Positions 47,668 through 54,553 of a DNA stretch of 64,000 nucleotides are shown piece after piece. The stretch's first letter is position 1. Each line of letters opens with the position of its first letter. This DNA comes from an uncultured Thermoplasmata archaeon (lineage in GTDB: Archaea > Thermoplasmatota > Thermoplasmata > JAGHBH01): NCBI GenBank assembly GCA_964601625.1, contig CAZROC010000002.1:80694-144693 (forward strand), in the 5' to 3' direction. A program made the translations under genes and the position numbers. The notes under the pieces were generated by a model that was given only the letters and a program-made list of their open reading frames with translations, was not told where the DNA came from and searched no databases.

Positions 47668-49689
47668 TCATGGTACAAATAATTTACTCGTTCTGGGAAA
47701 AGCTACGACTCTTGATACGTCACCAAAGCCTAACAATTTAGTTATAAATCTTTCAATGCCCAAAGCAAAACCTCCATGTTGTGGCACATTTTTATCTTTA
47801 TAAATATCCAAATACAACTTATACCTCTTAGGAGGTAGACCCGATTTTATTAAATTTTTTTCTAATGTTTCGTAATCGCATTCTCTCAAACTACCAGATG
47901 CCACTATCCAGTCACTCATTATAAAATAGAAACGAGTAGATGTTTTTTCATCTATGTTTTTGACATAGAATCTTCTAAAATCGACAGGTAAATTTGTTAC
48001 AAAATACAGTGATGTATCAAACTCGTTTATTATGTGTTTTGTTATGATAGGAAGATATTTCCTAAATGACCTATCATCGTTTACCTGTACACCATTTTTG
48101 CCAAAATATTCTACCAAGTCAGAAAATGTTATTTTCATGATCTTATCAGAATAAAGTGCTTTATATAATCCAAAATCTCTTAAATATACATATTCATTCT
48201 CCCAAAGCTTTTCTCTGCATGAGATTATCATGTTTTTTAATAAGTTAATAATGTTATCAGTATTATTTGTAGTTAGTTCGCAGTCCACGGCCCACGCTTC
48301 ACACAACGAGTCCTTGCGGTGATGAGTTAATTTTCTCCAAAATGGTGCAATCTCATATATTTTCTCAAATCCATTTACAATCAAAAGAGATTTGTAATAT
48401 TGTGCTGATGCTCGTAGGAAACTCTTCTTACCATAGTAATCAACTTCAAACTGTGCTACTTTTTTTGTTGTGGTTATATCTACCGGGATCACAGTTATTA
48501 ATGGCGTGAATATCTCAATAAAGCCCTCCGAAGTAAGAAATTGTTTCATATAATTAATAGCAGAAGATTTAATTATAAATATTGGTTTTTTAACGATGAA
48601 TATACTTCTATCCGATAAATGTTCCTTTATAGTGTAATCTATTAACCTTTTTTGTAAATACAATTTAAAGTTCTCACACTCCCTCCCGATAATAGAATTA
48701 ACCTTTATAAGTTCCTTTTTACGCATTTCGATCGTTTTATCTGCAAATCTTCTGATATCATCAATATGGTAAATCCGTATCTTTTTGATTTTCTCTATTT
48801 CCAAATCGATCACTGGTGGAACACTTATGTCAAAAATTTTTACATCTTTTTTAAGCAGATTTGTGTCGTTGATGGTGATAAGATGTTTGGGAGAGTCAGT
48901 AGTAGCGATTATTATATCATACTCTTTGAGATTTTGCTTTAGGTATGAGTAGCTATATACAACATATCTTAGATCTTTTATTTTTTTGGCTTTCTCTGGA
49001 TTTTTAGTGTATACAAACACTTTCTTAAAACCATTCTCGTGGAGTGCCTTACATATCAATTGTCCTGAACTTCCTGCTCCTAATACAGCAATGTTGCTAT
49101 CAATATGAACATTCTCCTTAAGAAGGTGTGCTACTATGTTTCGTTCTATACTTGTGTATCCGCGATGGAAGCTGGTTTTATTATTTATTTCATCATCAAC
49201 AATTTTTGCATATTCAAAAAGGGTTTGTAAAAAAACACCTGTACAACCACTTTCCCTTGCGATTTGAAATGCCTTTAAAACTTGACCTCTTACTTGTGAA
49301 TCACCTAATATGACACTCTTTACACCGCATATGGTCTCAAACAAGTGTCTAACACCATGCATCTGGCTGTATTTCTCAAGTTTTGTTTTATAAATATCCT
49401 CATGGAACTTTTTTGAAAACTTCTTCCATACTTTGTATATAACTTCATCCACCATCCTCGGATCAGTAGTTACCACATAGAACTCTATAGAATTGCACTT
49501 TTGAATTATTACACATTCTTTAATTATTGAAATATTTTTTAACTCACAAAGAGCAGGTCTTACATCTTTTATTTTCTTATTACTATCCCACAAAGACATA
49601 TCCCCAATAATCTGTTGAAAATTTCTTTCTGCACCACCAACTCGTCTAACTTCTAAATGATTATTTTTTAAAAAATCCTCAACGAGCAT
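47668..49689 (-). CDS. Fusion protein: N-terminal glutamyl-tRNA reductase (HemA)-like domains + C-terminal class II aaRS catalytic core
   Basis: 673 aa. CVIIQKCNSIEFYVV (compare VLSTCNRTEIY), HLFETICGVKSVILGDSQVRGQV (compare [23 protein letters not shown]), NAD(P) site VLGAGSSGQLICKAL. C-term FWRKLTHHRKDSLCEAWAVDCE (motif 2) and QHGGFALGIERF...VVAFPR (motif 3). Confidence 0.55.
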   Translation of the reverse strand: MLVEDFLKNNHLEVRRVGGAERNFQQIIGDMSLWDSNKKIKDVRPALCELKNISIIKECVIIQKCNSIEFYVVTTDPRMVDEVIYKVWKKFSKKFHEDIYKTKLEKYSQMHGVRHLFETICGVKSVILGDSQVRGQVLKAFQIARESGCTGVFLQTLFEYAKIVDDEINNKTSFHRGYTSIERNIVAHLLKENVHIDSNIAVLGAGSSGQLICKALHENGFKKVFVYTKNPEKAKKIKDLRYVVYSYSYLKQNLKEYDIIIATTDSPKHLITINDTNLLKKDVKIFDISVPPVIDLEIEKIKKIRIYHIDDIRRFADKTIEMRKKELIKVNSIIGRECENFKLYLQKRLIDYTIKEHLSDRSIFIVKKPIFIIKSSAINYMKQFLTSEGFIEIFTPLITVIPVDITTTKKVAQFEVDYYGKKSFLRASAQYYKSLLIVNGFEKIYEIAPFWRKLTHHRKDSLCEAWAVDCELTTNNTDNIINLLKNMIISCREKLWENEYVYLRDFGLYKALYSDKIMKITFSDLVEYFGKNGVQVNDDRSFRKYLPIITKHIINEFDTSLYFVTNLPVDFRRFYVKNIDEKTSTRFYFIMSDWIVASGSLRECDYETLEKNLIKSGLPPKRYKLYLDIYKDKNVPQHGGFALGIERFITKLLGFGDVSRVVAFPRTSKLFVP

Positions 49690-49690
49690 C

Positions 49691-50860
49691 TTAGATCACC
49701 TCGCTCCATTTTTTATAAATATTCTTTATTTGTGACTTTGAAATTGGCCATGGATTGTTAATAAGTAGTCTTTCTCTTTTTAAACAAGATGCAACCATTC
49801 TATCCAAATTTAATCTATTTCTTAATTTGATAAGATAATTCCTATATCCTGTAAAGTTCATACATCTATTAATTACTTCAATACATCTTATTAGAATATC
49901 TTCATCTATGTGGTCTACAAAATCCCCATAATATTCTTCCAACACAAATTTTAAAAATAGGGATACCGCTATACTGTGTGGTATTTCGTACAGGTCTTGC
50001 AATGGATAGGACAAAGCATGAATTAAACCAACGCCAGCATGTTTGTCAGCTATACCAGCATAAAAAGTTCCTATCATCAATTTCTCTCTATTGTTAATTT
50101 TATTAGGGTTAGTAATAGATTGTAAGAGATTTGATGAAATAAGGTTTATAGAATAAGATGAAAAAGTCTTAGTCATGTATGTTTTCTTTTTAGAAATATG
50201 TGCCTCAATTGCATGGGATAACGCATCAAGTCCTGTGGATGCAATAATCGATTGAGGCAACGTAAGGGTCCAAAGAGGATCCAAAAGCACAATATCGGGA
50301 AGCAAAAGAGGATCTATTAATGCAACTTTTTCTCCGCTGTTATTTTTTACTATAGATATGTCTGTTGCTTCACTACCACTTCCAGTTGTTGGTAATACAA
50401 ATAACGTAGTCTTTGAAATTTCTGTTATAACCTTTTTAGTATCTATAATATTTGATAAAGTTTGAAGCGGGCTTACGGTTCTGTTGATTACGGATACTAT
50501 CTTTGCCAAGTCAATTGTACTTCCACCACCAATTGCAATGATAGCATCCGCTTTGTTTTTATGACAGACATTGTGCATCATTTTTCCTATAGTACCTATA
50601 GTTGGTTCACCACTTGGTTTTTTGTATATATCATATGAAATAGTATTTTCATCTAAAATCTTCAGTAGTTCTTTCATTATATCCATATTTTCTATAGATA
50701 ACGAAATAATAATTAATATTTTATCACAATTTTTATTCTTCAATTCATTAATAATTGCTTTGTAACACCCTTCTCCATAATAGGTCTTTGGAATTTCTAT
50801 ACTGTTTATTTCTTTTTGTTTAGTTCTTCCAGCACATCCATTAGATGGCATAGTATTCAC
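49691..50860 (-). CDS. Iron-containing alcohol dehydrogenase / 3-dehydroquinate synthase-like oxidoreductase
   Basis: 389 aa. GGGSTIDLAK glycine-rich NAD motif. His-rich metal-site region. Confidence 0.55.
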   Translation of the reverse strand: MNTMPSNGCAGRTKQKEINSIEIPKTYYGEGCYKAIINELKNKNCDKILIIISLSIENMDIMKELLKILDENTISYDIYKKPSGEPTIGTIGKMMHNVCHKNKADAIIAIGGGSTIDLAKIVSVINRTVSPLQTLSNIIDTKKVITEISKTTLFVLPTTGSGSEATDISIVKNNSGEKVALIDPLLLPDIVLLDPLWTLTLPQSIIASTGLDALSHAIEAHISKKKTYMTKTFSSYSINLISSNLLQSITNPNKINNREKLMIGTFYAGIADKHAGVGLIHALSYPLQDLYEIPHSIAVSLFLKFVLEEYYGDFVDHIDEDILIRCIEVINRCMNFTGYRNYLIKLRNRLNLDRMVASCLKRERLLINNPWPISKSQIKNIYKKWSEVI

Positions 50861-50887
50861 CCCAAATTGTTATTGTTTTAGTATGCC

Positions 50888-51045
50888 TTTCGCCCGCAAT
50901 TGAATATAACGTCCAGCGGGTATCTGAAGTCCTGAGCGACAGCGAAGGATTTGGGCGAAGTGCCGGAGGCACGTAGCCAGATACCCGCTTGTTGTGCGAA
51001 CCCGATAGGGCTGATGCCGAAGGCGGAAGGTCGTGAGCAAAGGGC
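50888..51045. repeat. attC-like cassette repeat (copy 14)
   Basis: TTCGCCCGCAATTGAATATAACGTCCAGCGGGTATCTGAAG...GCCAGATACCCGCTTGTTGTGCGAACCC...GTCGTGAGCAAAGGG. Confidence 0.7.
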
Positions 51046-51058
51046 AAACTGGCATTAA

Positions 51059-52348
51059 TCATTTCATACCACCTTTTTTCTTCATTTTTTCTTTCCATGT
51101 TATAAATTCAAATAATGCGTCAATTTCAAGATAAATGGGCAGTTTTGGACATTGCTGTCCAACAGTTCTTAAATATGTTCGCTTTACAATTTCCATATCT
51201 TTAACGAAGGCATCGTATTTCGCAGGTGAATAGGGAGATGCTAAATCCTTAAAAATTTCTTTTAATCCTTTTTTAGCCTTCCCATTTAAATGCGGGTACT
51301 TATCACCATGTGCAAGCATTAATAATTGTGTTGCTAATCCCCATGGATGCTTATCCTTTCCCCCAATAAGTATTTTATTACAAAATCTTTCAATTCTATC
51401 AGTTACAGGTTTTTTCCCATATAATAGCTCTTTCAGCTCTTTATTTAATTTTTTCTCTCCATTTTTATTTATGATCTCTTTCTCCACAAAAATATCTGGG
51501 TTCTTTCGGCTATACCCTCCTTCTGTTCTTATTATATTATCCAAATCAAATAAAGGATATTTTCCTCCAAATAGTTCTATAAGTTCTCTTTTACTAAGCG
51601 TCCTACCTCTTTTTATTTTGTCAATTAATTTTTTCTTACTATTATAAAATCGTAATCTTGCATCACATTCGTTTGGTACTGCCCAAGGTCCGCGTTTTGT
51701 TTTCCACCATGTTGACAAATCACTTTTATGTTCATTCAAGCATTGTCCTACTAAAATGATCTTTTTGCTGCCAATGTCTGACATTTTAATCTTGTATATT
51801 TCCTTTTTCACGTTCTCTTTAGTTTTTTTAATGTGTCTATAATCCTTTTTGTATTGTTTTACTAAATCATCATTCAACCTCACTCCATTGCTGAAAATTT
51901 TATCAAAATTTACAAGAACATCTCTTATTTCTGGATCAGAGGCTTTTCCACTAATTAAAACATTATATTCAAAATTATCTGAAAAACCTCCTTTACTTAC
52001 ATTTGACGATCCTATTATTACGGTAACATCATCACTCTTCTTAAATATGTACGTTTTTATATGGAATGTCTTTCCACTTACGGGAAAATTATATAATCTA
52101 CACTCCCATGAGGCTCCTGCCTTTATTTCATTGAGAATGTCCTCTAATACTGCCTGTTCAGTATTATAAAAATCACACCCGATAGCAAATTGCACATTCT
52201 TTTTTAGTAATACACCTTTAAGTTTGTCATACATTTGTTTCTTGACAAAAAATACTGCTATTTTGACATCGTTTGCTTTGTTTATTTCCCATCTTATTAT
52301 ATGTTCCAAATCCTCTTCAGGAACAAGTATTGTCCTAATATTAGCCAT
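51059..52348 (-). CDS. PLD-family (HKD) nuclease-like protein with C-terminal unknown domain
   Basis: 429 aa. Single HKD motif FHIKTYIFKKSDDVTVIIGSSNVSKGG. Confidence 0.55.
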   Translation of the reverse strand: MANIRTILVPEEDLEHIIRWEINKANDVKIAVFFVKKQMYDKLKGVLLKKNVQFAIGCDFYNTEQAVLEDILNEIKAGASWECRLYNFPVSGKTFHIKTYIFKKSDDVTVIIGSSNVSKGGFSDNFEYNVLISGKASDPEIRDVLVNFDKIFSNGVRLNDDLVKQYKKDYRHIKKTKENVKKEIYKIKMSDIGSKKIILVGQCLNEHKSDLSTWWKTKRGPWAVPNECDARLRFYNSKKKLIDKIKRGRTLSKRELIELFGGKYPLFDLDNIIRTEGGYSRKNPDIFVEKEIINKNGEKKLNKELKELLYGKKPVTDRIERFCNKILIGGKDKHPWGLATQLLMLAHGDKYPHLNGKAKKGLKEIFKDLASPYSPAKYDAFVKDMEIVKRTYLRTVGQQCPKLPIYLEIDALFEFITWKEKMKKKGGMK

Positions 52349-52506
52349 GTTTAAACACCTCCTGCATCAATATTCTTTTCCCCTTCTTAAGCCCTTTGCT
52401 CACGATTTCGCACAACTCCCCCATCTCCGCATTATTACATATATTTTGCTTTGCGGGTGGTGTATGTGTATTGCGGATATTTTTCTTTCTGGTGGTGTTT
52501 TGTGTG
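52349..52506. other. attI-like junction: half cassette-repeat adjacent to the integrase stop codon
   Basis: GCCCTTTGCTCACGATTTCGCACAACTCCCCC carries the left (AAC-side) box TTCGCACAAC, the exact reverse complement of the GTTGTGCGAA box of repeat copy 14. No right half follows. Confidence 0.45.
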
Positions 52507-53631
52507 TTATTTCGCATATTCATACCTCTCTATGTTGTGTTGATTTTGGGTCTCGGGATTGTTGTTATCACCGGCTGTCTCTCCTGTTTCGTTTGCCGTG
52601 GCAGTTATCGTATCCAGCGGGCTTTTTATTCTGGTGAGTGTGCGGGTTGTTACGTGGGTGTAGATTTCGGTGGTTTTGGTGCTTTTGTGGCCGAGGAGTT
52701 TTTGTATGTATCTTATGTCTATTCCGTTTTCAAGGAGGTGGGTGGCGAAGCTGTGTCTGAGGGAGTGGACTGTTGCTGGTTTTTGTATGCCTGCTTTTTT
52801 GAGGGCTGTTTTGAATATGGCCTGTGCTGTTCTGGCTGAGATGTGTCTGGTTGGGTTGGCTCCGGGGAAGAGCCATTTTTGGGGGTTGTAAGTTTGCTGG
52901 TATTCTTTCAGTGTTTTGATAGCGGTTTCGGCGAGTATGGTGTATCTGTCTTTTCTTCCTTTTCCGCCTTTTATGTGTATGACTTTCTGGTCTGTGTCTA
53001 TGTCTTCGTTTTTCAGGGATACCGCTTCGCTGACCCTGAGTCCCGAGGAGTATATCAGCATAAGCAGGGTTTTGTGTTTGAGGTTTGTTGTGGCTGACAG
53101 GAGCTTTTGTATTTCGGCTGGTGAGAGTACGACGGGTAGTTTTCGCTCTTTTCTGGGCCGTTTGATGTCGTATGTAAATTTTCTGTTGAGCATCTGGCCG
53201 TAGTAGAATTTGATGGCGCTTATGGCGGTGTTTATTGTTGTGGCCGATACTCCTTTTTCTGCGAGGTCTGAGAGGTAGTTTTTTATGTCTGTGGCGTTTA
53301 TCTGGTTGGGGTTTTTTGATGTGTGTTTGAGGAGTTGTTTGTTGTAGCGCATGTAGGCGGCGGCTGTTCTCGGGCTATATTTTCTGGCTGCGAGTTCTTC
53401 TTTCAATGGGTGGAGCCAGATGTCTGGGTTTGCTTTGATTTTTTCTCCTTTGAAGAGTTTGAGGAACGTGGATATTTGCTGGCTTGGGACTGTCCAGTGT
53501 TTTTTGTGTGGATGCCATCTGTGGCCGGGTATGGTCTTTATTTTTTCTATGTACTCCGGGTTATATGGAAACCTGACGATAATCTCCTCCCCTCCGCCTG
53601 TCCCTGTCTTTACGGTTATCTCCCCTCTCAT
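52507..53631 (-). CDS. Tyrosine recombinase / integrase (candidate integron-type integrase)
   Basis: Start chosen at ATG 53631 (MRGEITVKTG...). C-terminal catalytic domain with R (GLRVSE), H-x-x-R (HSLRHSFATH) and Y (TTEIYTHV). Track ORF extends upstream to 54741 as low-complexity read-through. Confidence 0.7.
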   Translation of the reverse strand: MRGEITVKTGTGGGEEIIVRFPYNPEYIEKIKTIPGHRWHPHKKHWTVPSQQISTFLKLFKGEKIKANPDIWLHPLKEELAARKYSPRTAAAYMRYNKQLLKHTSKNPNQINATDIKNYLSDLAEKGVSATTINTAISAIKFYYGQMLNRKFTYDIKRPRKERKLPVVLSPAEIQKLLSATTNLKHKTLLMLIYSSGLRVSEAVSLKNEDIDTDQKVIHIKGGKGRKDRYTILAETAIKTLKEYQQTYNPQKWLFPGANPTRHISARTAQAIFKTALKKAGIQKPATVHSLRHSFATHLLENGIDIRYIQKLLGHKSTKTTEIYTHVTTRTLTRIKSPLDTITATANETGETAGDNNNPETQNQHNIERYEYAK

Positions 53632-53748
53632 TGCGGTGTGAACTGTTTTTTGGTTTATAATTCTTTCTTTATGGCGTGTTTGGTGGTGGTTAGAGATGTG
53701 GGAATAAGCATAAGTACCACGTCTTTTTTCCCTGCTCTGTGATGTGCT

Positions 53749-54531
53749 ATGGCTCCGCTGGATGATGTTGAGGTCACCCGCAGGATTGTTGCGAGGTTTG
53801 CCGAGGAGTTTCTGGCTTCGGTGGATGTGGATGTGGTTATCGGTGGCGCTGGCCCCTCTGGTCTGGTTGCGGGGCGATATCTGGCTGATGCGGGTCATCG
53901 GGTTGTTGTTTTTGAGAAGAAGTTGTCTCCGGGGGGCGGGATGTGGGGTGGTGGGATGACGTTCCCGGTTGTTGTTGTGCAGGAGTCGTCTCTGTCTGTG
54001 CTGGATGATTTTGGTATAAGGTACAGGGACGATGGTGGGGGGTATTACACGGCGGATTCTGTTGAGTTTGCTTCCAAACTTCTGGCGGGGGCTGTGGATG
54101 CCGGTGTGAGGATTTTCAATGCTGTGACTATTGAGGATGTGATGATGCGAGAAAACCGTGTTGTGGGGGTGGTGGTCAACTGGTCTGCTGTTGAGGCCGC
54201 CGGCCTCCATGTGGACCCTCTGTCTGTTCGTGCGAAGTGTGTTGTTGACGCCACAGGCCATCCGGCTGAGATATGTCATGTTGTTGAGCGCAAGACAGGA
54301 CGGCTTTCCACCCCGACGGGGTCTGTTTCTGGCGAGCGGAGCATGTGGGCTGAGAAGGGGGAGCAGCTGGTTGTTGAGAACACGGGGGAGGTGTTTCCGG
54401 GGTTGTTTGTGGCTGGCATGGCTGCTAACGCTGTTCATGGTGCTCCGAGGATGGGCCCGATCTTTGGCGGGATGCTTTTGAGCGGTAAAAAGGTGGCGGG
54501 GTTGATTGATGGGAAACTGCGCTTGGAGTGA
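53749..54531 (+). CDS. thi4: Thiazole synthase Thi4 / ribose-1,5-bisphosphate isomerase-like flavoprotein
   Basis: 260 aa. VVIGGAGPSGL FAD motif. G+C-rich; core composition resumes here. Confidence 0.7.
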   Translation: MAPLDDVEVTRRIVARFAEEFLASVDVDVVIGGAGPSGLVAGRYLADAGHRVVVFEKKLSPGGGMWGGGMTFPVVVVQESSLSVLDDFGIRYRDDGGGYYTADSVEFASKLLAGAVDAGVRIFNAVTIEDVMMRENRVVGVVVNWSAVEAAGLHVDPLSVRAKCVVDATGHPAEICHVVERKTGRLSTPTGSVSGERSMWAEKGEQLVVENTGEVFPGLFVAGMAANAVHGAPRMGPIFGGMLLSGKKVAGLIDGKLRLE

Positions 54532-54553
54532 CCGGGCGGTTTTTGGGATGTGT

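Noticed and set aside
12066-51045. Regularly spaced repeats could be a CRISPR array
   Set aside because: Repeats are 140-180 bp imperfect palindromes, not 25-40 bp direct repeats. They are separated by 0.2-9 kb of protein-coding DNA rather than short uniform spacers. No cas genes.
12066-51045. Repeats could be MITEs or transposon terminal inverted repeats
   Set aside because: One copy per intergenic gap and no target-site duplications. Inverse core boxes match between neighbouring copies rather than within a copy, which fits serial site-specific insertion, not transposition.
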